From NCBI GenBank assembly GCA_963678065.2, contig CAXXVZ010000005.1, forward strand, positions 1,024,001-1,088,000: 64,000 nucleotides of DNA, given 5' to 3'. The DNA is from Treponemataceae bacterium (lineage in GTDB: Bacteria; Spirochaetota; Spirochaetia; Treponematales; Rectinemataceae). A program made the translations under genes and the position numbers. This document shows, piece by piece, positions 30,536 through 39,294 of this stretch (its first letter is position 1; each line of letters begins with the position of its first letter). The notes beneath the pieces are model-generated. The model saw nothing but the letters and a program-made list of their open reading frames with translations. It did no database searches and was not told the DNA's origin.

Positions 30536-30864
30536 GATGCACTCCTTTCCGCTTTTGGCCGGACTGCTCGCTATTCCATCTCCATGGAGCAGATACAGGT
30601 ACACCTTGTGAGTATAGGGTAGAATTTTTCGGGCTGCCACGTCTGTTACAGGCTTGAGGTCGGGAAATCGGAATACCGGCAAGGATAACAAGGCGGGAAC
30701 GATGGAGCGGAAAAAGCTGGCCACGATTTTTTCAGGAAGGCTTGGGATGGCGGAGCGCCGCGATGCAAGGCAGGCGGGGCGGGAAAAACGCGGCGGGCCC
30801 GCCCCCGAAAGGTCGGACCCGGACGCTGTCCGATCAGGCAGCCCGCCGCGCCTGCTTCGACCTG

Positions 30865-31866
30865 TTATTTCTTGGCGGCGAGGAAGGCCGCGTACAGCTG
30901 CTTGACCCTGTCATCGGCGCTGGCCAGATACTCGTCGACCATCGGTTTTACCGCTTCCCGGAAGGCGGCCTTGTCGACTTCGTTGATCTTGACGCCGGCG
31001 GCCTTGAGGGTCGCGTATTCCTTTTCGACGGCCGCGGCCCAGATCTGGTTGAATTGCTCCTGGGAGGCTTTTCCGGCCTTGATTACCGCGTCCTGGAGAT
31101 CGGGCGGCAGTTTGTTGAAGACCTTGAGGCTGATGAGCTGCGGATCGGGGATGATGAACTGCTGGGTGAGCGAGTAGTACTTGGCGACTTCCTGCAGCTT
31201 GTTCGCGGTGATGACAGGCGGGCTGTTCTCGAGGCCGTCGATGACCTTCTGCTGAACTGCGCTGTACACCTCGCCCCAGGCCATCGGCGTTCCGATCGCT
31301 CCCATGGCCCCGATGGCCTTGGCGAGGACTGGGTCCTGCATGACTCTGATCTTGATACCCCTGAGATCGGCGGGTTTGACGATCGGCCGCTTCGCGTTGA
31401 GCACAGAGCGCTCGCCCATATTCCACCAGGCGATGATCTTGAACCCGGCGGCCTCGGCCGAATCGTTGAGGATCTTGGCCACGGCCGGACTGCTCAGGAT
31501 CCTGACCGCGTCCTCGCCACTATTGAAGGTGAAGGGGAGCGAAAAGACCGACCAGAGCTTGTCGAAGTTCGAAAGATCCGAAGCGGCGCATTCGGTCATC
31601 TCGATGCTGCCCTCGCGGAGGGCCTGCATGACAGGCATCTTGTCGCCGAGCTGGGAACTCGGATAGAATTTCATTACGAGCCTGCCGTTCGAGTACTGGT
31701 CGATCAGTTTCACCAGTCCCACGGCGCCATCCGCCTGGGCTCCGACGGGCGGGTAGACGACGGCGTACTTCAGCTCGATCTTGGCCTGGCCGAACGCGAC
31801 TCCCGTCGCGAACAGCAACAGGCAGAGTGCGAGGGCAAACCCTCTCCCGACACTACAGTTTTTCAT
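30865..31866 (-). CDS. dctP: TRAP transporter substrate-binding protein
   Basis: Signal peptide, [36 protein letters not shown]. Confidence 0.93.
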   Translation of the reverse strand: MKNCSVGRGFALALCLLLFATGVAFGQAKIELKYAVVYPPVGAQADGAVGLVKLIDQYSNGRLVMKFYPSSQLGDKMPVMQALREGSIEMTECAASDLSNFDKLWSVFSLPFTFNSGEDAVRILSSPAVAKILNDSAEAAGFKIIAWWNMGERSVLNAKRPIVKPADLRGIKIRVMQDPVLAKAIGAMGAIGTPMAWGEVYSAVQQKVIDGLENSPPVITANKLQEVAKYYSLTQQFIIPDPQLISLKVFNKLPPDLQDAVIKAGKASQEQFNQIWAAAVEKEYATLKAAGVKINEVDKAAFREAVKPMVDEYLASADDRVKQLYAAFLAAKK

Positions 31867-31959
31867 GAAAACCTCCTGGAAAGAAATCCACACCTCGCCC
31901 CTTCAAGGCGATCTGATATCCAAAGACCCGACGACGTCGGATCGACAGCTGGCTGCGGC

Positions 31960-33249
31960 TCATATATACCCGAGGGCCCTCGGGACGATGAGGACGAGGT
32001 CGGGGATATAGGTCACTAAAAAGAGAGTGGCTATCTCGGCCGCGAGGAAGGGCATGATCTCCTTGAATGTCTTGTCGATGGGCACTTTGGCGATCGAGCT
32101 CGCGATGAAAACGCAGACGCCCAAAGGCGGCGTGCCCGCGCCTATGACGAGGTTCAGCACCATGATGAGGCCGAAGTGGACGCCGTTGATCCCCAGGGAA
32201 AGCGCGATAGGCGTGAGGATGGGGGCGAGTATGATTACGGCCGCCGAGCCGTCCATGAACATGCCAACGAGAAGCAGAAGGAGGTTGACAAGAAGGAGAT
32301 AGACTGCCGGAGAGTGTGAAAGGGATAGAAAGAGCTCCCCGATATAGACCTGCACCTGAGCGGCGGCGAAGACCCACCCGAGTATCTTCGCGCAGCTGAT
32401 GATCATGATGAGGCCGGCCGAAACCAGGGCGGTGTGCTTGAGCATGGGGATGAGGTCGGAGAGTTTCAGTGTCTTCAGGACGAAAAAGCCGACGAGGAGG
32501 GAGTACACCACGGCGATCGCGCCCGCCTCCGTGGGGGTGAAAACCCCGCCGAGGATGCCGCCGATGATGATGAGCGGCATGACGAGGGGAATGAGGGCCT
32601 GGACGGTTATCGCAAGACCCTCTCTGAAGGCCACTTTCTGGTAGCGCCGCGGGAATTTCTGCTTGATGTTCATTATAAAGATGGCGAGGATCAGCCCACC
32701 GGCTATCATCACTCCCGGAATGAAGCCACCCATGAACATGGCTCCGATGGACTCGCCGACCGTCACGCAGTAGACGACCATCATGATGCTCGGGGGGATT
32801 ATCGGACCACAGGTCGAGGCGGCGGCGATGAGAGCCGCGCTCCAGGCTGGTTTGTAACCTTCCTTTTTCATCGCGGGGATGAGAAGGCCGCCGATGGCCG
32901 AGGTATCCGCCTGGGCCGATCCGGTCACCCCGCCGAAGAACATGCAACCGAGCACCGCGCTGTTCGCGAGGCTCGCGGGCATTCTCCCTATGAGGAGGCG
33001 GGACAAGTTGATGAGACGTTCGGTTATCCCCCCTTTGTTCATCAGCTCGCCCGCAAAAATGAAGAATGGAATGGCAAGGAGGGGGAAGAAACCCGCTCCT
33101 GCGAAGATGGATTGCGGAATGATGAGAAGGGGGTTCCCCTTCAGCATCAGGAGACCTATAGCTCCCACCGTGCCGAGGGCGAGATAAATGGGAATGCCGA
33201 TAAGCATCGCCGCGAAAATCAAGCCAAGCAGTACCAATCCGATGCTCAT
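31960..33249 (-). CDS. dctM: TRAP transporter large permease
   Basis: LLAIPFFIFAG, GSAQAD, IIPPSI, TPTEAG, TPPLG. Confidence 0.93.
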   Translation of the reverse strand: MSIGLVLLGLIFAAMLIGIPIYLALGTVGAIGLLMLKGNPLLIIPQSIFAGAGFFPLLAIPFFIFAGELMNKGGITERLINLSRLLIGRMPASLANSAVLGCMFFGGVTGSAQADTSAIGGLLIPAMKKEGYKPAWSAALIAAASTCGPIIPPSIMMVVYCVTVGESIGAMFMGGFIPGVMIAGGLILAIFIMNIKQKFPRRYQKVAFREGLAITVQALIPLVMPLIIIGGILGGVFTPTEAGAIAVVYSLLVGFFVLKTLKLSDLIPMLKHTALVSAGLIMIISCAKILGWVFAAAQVQVYIGELFLSLSHSPAVYLLLVNLLLLLVGMFMDGSAAVIILAPILTPIALSLGINGVHFGLIMVLNLVIGAGTPPLGVCVFIASSIAKVPIDKTFKEIMPFLAAEIATLFLVTYIPDLVLIVPRALGYI

Positions 33250-33776
33250 GCTGTCTCCTCCTCTGACTCTTCGGTCGGGGATGCGGGCGCCGCATCCGGT
33301 CGTCCCGTCAATACCGAGGGCATCGTCTTGAGATACTCGTAGATGGAAAAGACCGCGCCGATCGGCAGTATGACGAAGATGTATTGCATCGGGATCCTCA
33401 GCACGGTCGTCACCATGCCCCGCGTGGTCAGGCTGTAGCGCGCCGAGGCAAAGAGGAAAACTCCGAGAAAGGCCAGACCGATGAGACTCGTCAGAATCCG
33501 CACCGCGCGTCTGGCCGGTTCCGGCAACTTGTCGACAAAGACGAGGAGTTCGGTGTGGAGCTTCCTTCTCGTCATGGCGGCCGAACCGAACATGGTCATC
33601 ATGACCATGAGTATGGTGATGACTTCGTCAGTCCAAAGAATTCCGCTGTTGAGGACGTATCTCCAGAACACCTGGATTATGACGAGGACCGACAGGACCA
33701 CGAGCGCCGAGATGGACACGATCTCCTCGACAAGACCAATGAACCGGTCTATTGGCCTGAGCACTCTATGCATCAT
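33246..33776 (-). CDS. dctQ: TRAP transporter small permease
   Basis: QVFWRYV..WTDE, 4 TM segments, overlaps the dctM start. Confidence 0.9.
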   Translation of the reverse strand: MMHRVLRPIDRFIGLVEEIVSISALVVLSVLVIIQVFWRYVLNSGILWTDEVITILMVMMTMFGSAAMTRRKLHTELLVFVDKLPEPARRAVRILTSLIGLAFLGVFLFASARYSLTTRGMVTTVLRIPMQYIFVILPIGAVFSIYEYLKTMPSVLTGRPDAAPASPTEESEEETA

Positions 33777-33827
33777 TCTCCTCCTCACTACCACGCTGGC
33801 CGAAGTCTCTGATTCAAATCGATATCA

Positions 33828-33857
33828 TTTCATATATGTGAACTAGTTTCATAAATA
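33828..33857. promoter_or_regulatory. Putative IclR operator 1 (TRAP promoter)
   Basis: tttcatatatgtgaactagtttcataaata; minus-strand TTGACA at 33878-33883. Confidence 0.7.
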
Positions 33858-33890
33858 GTAGCACCCGTATACGGAGCTGTCAAGGATTTT

Positions 33891-34940
33891 TCAGTTCTCC
33901 CCGGATTTCCAGGAAAGCACGCTTTTGAGCGAGGCACCTTCGGCGGATTTTTTGAAGGCCAGCGCGGCTTGGTCAAAGGAGAAGACCGAAATCAGCTCGT
34001 CCCAGGGAAGTTCGGAGGAGGAAAGAAGGTCGAGGGCCTGAGAGCCGCCTTTTTCGTCCGGGAAGGGATAGGGCCCCTTCGCGCCCAGGACCGTCAGCTC
34101 CTTGCGGAAGATCGGGAGTGGCGCGAAGTACACCGATTCCGTCGGGACGCCTGCGAGAACGACCCTCCCCCCGAGACGGGCGAGGTCGAGCGCGAGGGGA
34201 AAGACCGAGGCGACACCGGTTGCGTCGACGACGAGATCGAAGTCGGGCGCGATGTCCCGGATGGGCGCCGTTTTTCCCGATTCGAGGTGGACGCAATGAT
34301 CAAACCTGAGTCTCTTTGCCGTAGCCACGCGGCCTGGATGCGTGTCCGCGCCGACCACGAGACTCTCCGGCGATTTATTTTTGAACAAAAGTCCGCTCAG
34401 CACGCCCATCATCCCGAGGCCGAGAATGAGTATCCGGGCCCCCGGGACAGCATCCGCCCTCTCGACTATACGCATTGCGCAGCTCAGTGGCTCGAAGCAG
34501 GTGGCCCTGATATCGTCGAGCGAGTCAGGAATTCCGATGAGGGGCCTGCAGCCCTCCGCGCAGGTCACGAGGCAGTACTTCGCGAAGCCTCCGGGAAGGA
34601 ACTGGTTGCGGGCCCTTTCGCAGAGGTTCGGAAAACCCCGGAGACAGGGATCGCAGAAACCGCAGCCGAGGGCCAGCCCCGACGCGACGCGATCGCCGGG
34701 ATGGAAATCCCCTATCTCGCCGCCCACTGCCGCGACGATCCCGGAGAACTCGTGGCCAAAATACGGGAAGTCGAGCTCGCCTTTGCGGTAAGGCCGGAGA
34801 TCGCTTCCGCAGATGCCGCAGGCTGAAACCTCGACGAGGACCTGGTTGGCTTCTGGTTCTGCGATCGTGCGATCGATGAAATCGAGCAGCTCGGGGCCGC
34901 GGATCCTGAGCGTTCTGTTGATGCCCGTCCGGATACTCAT
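33891..34940 (-). CDS. Zn-dependent medium-chain dehydrogenase
   Basis: GICGSD, GHE, CGFCDPC..C, GLGMMG. Confidence 0.88.
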   Translation of the reverse strand: MSIRTGINRTLRIRGPELLDFIDRTIAEPEANQVLVEVSACGICGSDLRPYRKGELDFPYFGHEFSGIVAAVGGEIGDFHPGDRVASGLALGCGFCDPCLRGFPNLCERARNQFLPGGFAKYCLVTCAEGCRPLIGIPDSLDDIRATCFEPLSCAMRIVERADAVPGARILILGLGMMGVLSGLLFKNKSPESLVVGADTHPGRVATAKRLRFDHCVHLESGKTAPIRDIAPDFDLVVDATGVASVFPLALDLARLGGRVVLAGVPTESVYFAPLPIFRKELTVLGAKGPYPFPDEKGGSQALDLLSSSELPWDELISVFSFDQAALAFKKSAEGASLKSVLSWKSGEN

Positions 34941-35935
34941 AATTGCACCACCCTTCGTTCTCTGCCGGACTGGTAGACCGCGTCGATGAGGCCCATGACT
35001 CTGGCCATTTCGGGCAGGGAGGCGGCGGGAGATCTGCCTTTCTCGAAGTCATCGAGGACCTTGCGGACGAAAACAGGATAGAAGAGGTCGGTATCGGTGA
35101 CGATTTTCTTTTCAAATCGCCGCCCGTCATGCCCGGACCAGATGAATTCGCCTTCGCGGATTTCCGCATAGCCTTTCGTCGTCGTGAGGCAGTACTCGAA
35201 GTGCCGGGGGTGCTCCGAATCCGAAGGATAGGCATACCCCGTCTCGATGGTGCACGCGACATCATCGGCGGTGGAGAGCACGACCGTCGAAAAATCCTCG
35301 ACCGGCGTGTCGTATTTTCTGCGGCTTGGGACGGCGTACACTCGTTTCACCCGATTGGTCCCGAGGAGGAGGAGGGCCAGATCGAAGAAGTGCACGCCGA
35401 GATTGATGGTGCATCCGCCGCCTGAGATGGCCGGATCGAGAAGCCAGGCGCTGTTCGCCTTCGGATAGCGGGTGGGAGGTCCGGCGATAAAGCGGAAATA
35501 GCCGTTCGTCAACTCCCCGAAGGCATCGGCCGCGCGCAATTCATCGATAGTCTCCAGGATCGGGCTGTAGCGGAACACGAAGGGAACCGCGATGAAGAGG
35601 GAGCTGCCCGCGGCCAGAAGCTGTGTCGCCTCGACCTCGGACAGGGAGGTTCCCATCGGCTTTTCCATGGCGAAGGGAATTCGCCCGCTGATCAGACAGG
35701 CGGCGATGGCAGGCATTTCGCGATGACGCCCGAAGGCGAAGGCAAAATCCGGCCTTTGCTCCCGAAGCATGGATGCATAGTCGACATACGCCGCGCATCC
35801 CAGTCTCGCCGCCACCCGCCCTGCGACTACGGGATCAGGATCAGATACGGCGATGACCTGCGCGCCCATCGAGGCGAGCGCTTCGACGTACAGGGGGGTA
35901 TGCCAGTGCGAAACCCCGATCAGGGCGATTTTCAT
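34937..35935 (-). CDS. Gfo/Idh/MocA-family oxidoreductase
   Basis: KIALIG, EKPM, SGGG..NLGVH. Confidence 0.88.
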   Translation of the reverse strand: MKIALIGVSHWHTPLYVEALASMGAQVIAVSDPDPVVAGRVAARLGCAAYVDYASMLREQRPDFAFAFGRHREMPAIAACLISGRIPFAMEKPMGTSLSEVEATQLLAAGSSLFIAVPFVFRYSPILETIDELRAADAFGELTNGYFRFIAGPPTRYPKANSAWLLDPAISGGGCTINLGVHFFDLALLLLGTNRVKRVYAVPSRRKYDTPVEDFSTVVLSTADDVACTIETGYAYPSDSEHPRHFEYCLTTTKGYAEIREGEFIWSGHDGRRFEKKIVTDTDLFYPVFVRKVLDDFEKGRSPAASLPEMARVMGLIDAVYQSGRERRVVQL

Positions 35936-35976
35936 AGGACCACCTCTATTTTCATGTTCACATCCATATGCATGTG

Positions 35977-36006
35977 GTTTCTATATATGAACCAGTTTCA
36001 TAAATA
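35977..36006. promoter_or_regulatory. Putative IclR operator 2
   Basis: gtttctatatatgaaccagtttcataaata; minus-strand TTGACA at 36029-36034. Confidence 0.7.
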
Positions 36007-36130
36007 TTCTACAGGCGTTTTTGCCGCCTGTCAAACTGAATTCCCGGAATGATCCGCGCATGGATTGACAGCGATACATACATGTGTAGTAGGTTCATAT
36101 TTATGGACTGCTGAAGAAAAGAGGGTAGAT

Positions 36131-36916
36131 ATGGACTTGGTCAATTCCATCGTCAAGGCGGTGCACATCCTCGACCTTCTCAAGAGCCGGGGAAGCCTGA
36201 GCTATGCCGAGATACTGAAACAGATGTCGCTCCCGAAGAGCACACTCTTCAAGATACTGTCCACCCTGGAATCCGAAGAGCTCGTCCGCAAGGATCAGGA
36301 AAGCGCCCGCTACCAGCTGGGGGTGAGGCTGATCGAGTGGGGGAGCGGGGCCCGGTCCCAGCTTGAGATCCGGAAAATCGCCCGGCCGTTCATGAAAAAA
36401 CTCAGCGATGCCCTGGATTGCACGATACACCTCACCGTGATGACGCACGGCGAAGTGTTGCCAATAGAGAGCTTTGAGTCGGGCAACACCTACTGGCACA
36501 ACTTCAGCTTTCCCGGAGGAGTGGGAATCCCCGCTCCCCTGCACGCCACGGGGGCGGGCAAAGCCATTCTCGCCTACCTGAGCACAGAAGAAATCGAGAC
36601 CATGATACAGAAAAAGGGGCTCGAGAAGTTTACGGAGCACACCATCACCGACCCTGATCGTCTGCGGGCGGATCTTGACGCAACCCGAAGGCGCGGCTAT
36701 GCGGTGACCGATGGAGAACACGACGAGATGGTCCGCAGTGTCGCTGCGCCGATCCGCGATCACGAGGGCCAGGTCATCGCCTCGCTGAGCGCTCTCGGGC
36801 TGGCCTCCCGGTTCGCCCTGGAGCGCCTGCCCGACATATCGGTGCCGGTGGTCGAGGCGGCCGAAGAAATATCCCGCCTCTTCGGCTATATTCCGGGGAA
36901 TACGCCGCCGCATTGA
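36131..36916 (+). CDS. IclR-family transcriptional regulator
   Basis: LPKSTLFKILSTL HTH, PLHATGAGKAILA, GYAV..E..VRSVAAPI. Confidence 0.93.
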   Translation: MDLVNSIVKAVHILDLLKSRGSLSYAEILKQMSLPKSTLFKILSTLESEELVRKDQESARYQLGVRLIEWGSGARSQLEIRKIARPFMKKLSDALDCTIHLTVMTHGEVLPIESFESGNTYWHNFSFPGGVGIPAPLHATGAGKAILAYLSTEEIETMIQKKGLEKFTEHTITDPDRLRADLDATRRRGYAVTDGEHDEMVRSVAAPIRDHEGQVIASLSALGLASRFALERLPDISVPVVEAAEEISRLFGYIPGNTPPH

Positions 36917-37000
36917 GTTAAGCCTGTCCACTCCAGGCCCGGGCTACTACATTTTCCGAACACGTTTCGACCCTCGACTTACCTATCTTTCTGTTTTCGT

Positions 37001-37069
37001 TTGACAGTTACCCTTTTAGCAGGTATTATTAGTTTCATAATTCATGAAACTAGTTCATATATAGGAAAC
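37001..37069 (+). promoter_or_regulatory. sigma70 promoter plus putative IclR operator 3
   Basis: TTGACA(37001)-17-TATTAT(37024), then gtttcataattcatgaaactagttcatatataggaaac (reverse complement of the operator motif). Confidence 0.75.
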
Positions 37070-37160
37070 AGCAAAAAGAGAGGCACCATGAGGCGTGTTT
37101 TCAGGATTTTGAATCTGCCGAACGCGGGCAAACCGCGCGTGGCGCATCGGTGAGATAGTC

Positions 37161-38165
37161 ATGCCGAAACCGATTCGCGTCGCCATTATCGGGGCCGGAG
37201 AGTGGGCGCAGCTCTATCACCTTCCGGCCCTGAAAGCCATCAAGAGCGAAATACCGCTCGAGATCGTAGGGATCTGGAACCGCAGCCCGGAAAGAACGGA
37301 TCAGGCCGCCCGCAAATTCGGCATTGGCCGCGTCTACACCGGACTGGATGAAGCGGCAAACGACGGGCAGGCGGATTGTCATGTCGTGCTCGTCAATTCG
37401 ACAGCCCTGTTCGACATCGTGTCCAGATTGCTGCCGCGCCGCCTGCCCATCTTTACCGAAAAGCCGCCGGGAGCCTCGTATCTCGAAGCGCGAAAGCTCG
37501 CGGAACTGACGGATATCCCCAACACGGTCGCCTTCAATCGACGCTACATGCCCATCAATCGCAGGTTCAAACAATTGGCAGGCGACGTGGAGGGGGCCTA
37601 TTTCGCAGAATGCCATTTTTACCGGAACGAGCGATTCTACGACCATTTCATCCTGGAAACCGGCGTCCACGGCATCAACTTCATGGAATACATATGCGGA
37701 CCGATCCGGACAGTGCGGACAGAAAAGCGAAAGACACCCCGGAATGGGACCAGTTTCTGGATATGTCAGCTTACCTTCGAATCGGGGATGCGGGGAATCA
37801 TGAAATTTTTCCCGTCCTCAGGATCGAGTATCGAACGATACGAGTTGCACGGCGACGGCGAATCGATCTACCTGAACTGCCCGCAGACCTATACGAGCGA
37901 CCATCCGGGTCAGATATTCGTGCACAAAGATGGGAAACTGATATCGACCATCGCCGACGAAGAGAGCGATCACCTCGTAACCGCGGGCTTCATGGACGAG
38001 TACCGTGACTTTTTCCGGGCGGTTCGCGAAGGATCCGACACGCTCTCCAATTTCCGGAACGCGTCGAACACCATGAGGGTAGCGGAGGCGATCGAGGCGG
38101 CGGCCGGAGACGGCGAGGAGATTGTCCTTCATCCGGGCGAAGGCTTGGGGAGTAAGCTGGCATGA
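37161..38165 (+). CDS. Gfo/Idh/MocA-family oxidoreductase
   Basis: RVAIIGAG, TEKPP, AFNRR, ETGVH. Confidence 0.88.
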   Translation: MPKPIRVAIIGAGEWAQLYHLPALKAIKSEIPLEIVGIWNRSPERTDQAARKFGIGRVYTGLDEAANDGQADCHVVLVNSTALFDIVSRLLPRRLPIFTEKPPGASYLEARKLAELTDIPNTVAFNRRYMPINRRFKQLAGDVEGAYFAECHFYRNERFYDHFILETGVHGINFMEYICGPIRTVRTEKRKTPRNGTSFWICQLTFESGMRGIMKFFPSSGSSIERYELHGDGESIYLNCPQTYTSDHPGQIFVHKDGKLISTIADEESDHLVTAGFMDEYRDFFRAVREGSDTLSNFRNASNTMRVAEAIEAAAGDGEEIVLHPGEGLGSKLA

Positions 38166-39202
38166 AAATTCTCTCTTTGGAATCGATGCCGATCGAAACG
38201 GATAGAAAAACTTCCCGCCACGCCTCGACCATCCTGCCTTTACCTGACGGTTCAATAATGGCCGCCTATTTTGCCGGAACATACGAGGCCGCTCCCGACG
38301 TAGACGTGTATGTCGCGAAAAGGAACGCCGTGGGCCTGTGGACCCGACCCACCCGTATCAGCAGGGAAGAGGGAATCGCGCATTGGAACCCGGTTCTCTC
38401 CATCCGATCGGACAGCGATATTCTTTTGTTCTACAAGGTTGGATTCCAGATCGCCACATGGAGGACGATGGTGAGAGTCTCGCGCGACGGAGGCGCGGGA
38501 TGGGACGAGCCGCGGGAGCTCGTTCCCGGCGATGTCGGTGGCAGGGGTCCCGTGCGGAACAAGCCCATCGTTCTCAGCGACGGAGTGTGGCTCGCCGGAG
38601 CTTCGCTCGAGCGCGGCGCCATCTGGACTTGCTTCTCCGACCGCTCCGAGGACGAAGGCGAGACGTGGCGGCGGAGCGCGGACATCGCCCTCGCGGAGGC
38701 ACAGAGCCCCTCATCCCGCGCTGGTTCGTCTCCTCCCCTTTCATCCATTGCGGTTTCCGAGCAATCCTTCCTCGGCCGCGGAGTCATCCAGCCAACCCTC
38801 TGGGAAAGCGAGTCAGGCAAGGTCCACATGCTCATGCGCAGCAGCGAAGGCTATGCATATCGCAGCGATTCCGAGGACGGAGGGATAACCTGGCGCGATC
38901 CTTATCGCACGGGGGTGCCGAACAACAATTCTGCCATCGACCTCATCCGGCTCGATGATGGCCGGCTCCTTGCAGCCCACAACCCGACTGGCGGCAACTG
39001 GGCCGAACGGACGCCGCTCGTACTGTCATCGTCCATCGATGGCGGCCACACCTGGATACGCGAACTCGTTCTTGACGAGGGCATTGGGGAGTTTTCGTAC
39101 CCGGCCATCGTCCGCGGTCCCGATACAGTGTTCGTTTCGTGGACGCGGAACAGGACAGAGATAGCCTTTGCGCAGATCGAATACGCGGATGGCGGTGGAT
39201 GA
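38162..39202 (+). CDS. Asp-box/BNR beta-propeller protein (sialidase-like fold)
   Basis: Asp boxes SRDGGAGW, SEDEGETW, SEDGGITW, SIDGGHTW; HAST, GPVRNKP, IQPT, SYP; no signal peptide. Confidence 0.85.
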   Translation: MKILSLESMPIETDRKTSRHASTILPLPDGSIMAAYFAGTYEAAPDVDVYVAKRNAVGLWTRPTRISREEGIAHWNPVLSIRSDSDILLFYKVGFQIATWRTMVRVSRDGGAGWDEPRELVPGDVGGRGPVRNKPIVLSDGVWLAGASLERGAIWTCFSDRSEDEGETWRRSADIALAEAQSPSSRAGSSPPLSSIAVSEQSFLGRGVIQPTLWESESGKVHMLMRSSEGYAYRSDSEDGGITWRDPYRTGVPNNNSAIDLIRLDDGRLLAAHNPTGGNWAERTPLVLSSSIDGGHTWIRELVLDEGIGEFSYPAIVRGPDTVFVSWTRNRTEIAFAQIEYADGGG

Positions 39203-39234
39203 TCGAATCGCCCAGAGGCGGAGTACTGGTTCGT

Positions 39235-39274
39235 CGTTTTTTGCAAAAGGCCGCACCACCTTTTGCAAAAAACG
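39235..39274. terminator. Perfect 16-bp inverted repeat between convergent genes (bidirectional terminator-like)
   Basis: cgttttttgcaaaagg-8nt-ccttttgcaaaaaacg. Confidence 0.6.
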
Positions 39275-39294
39275 GCATATCCGTGAGGGAATAG

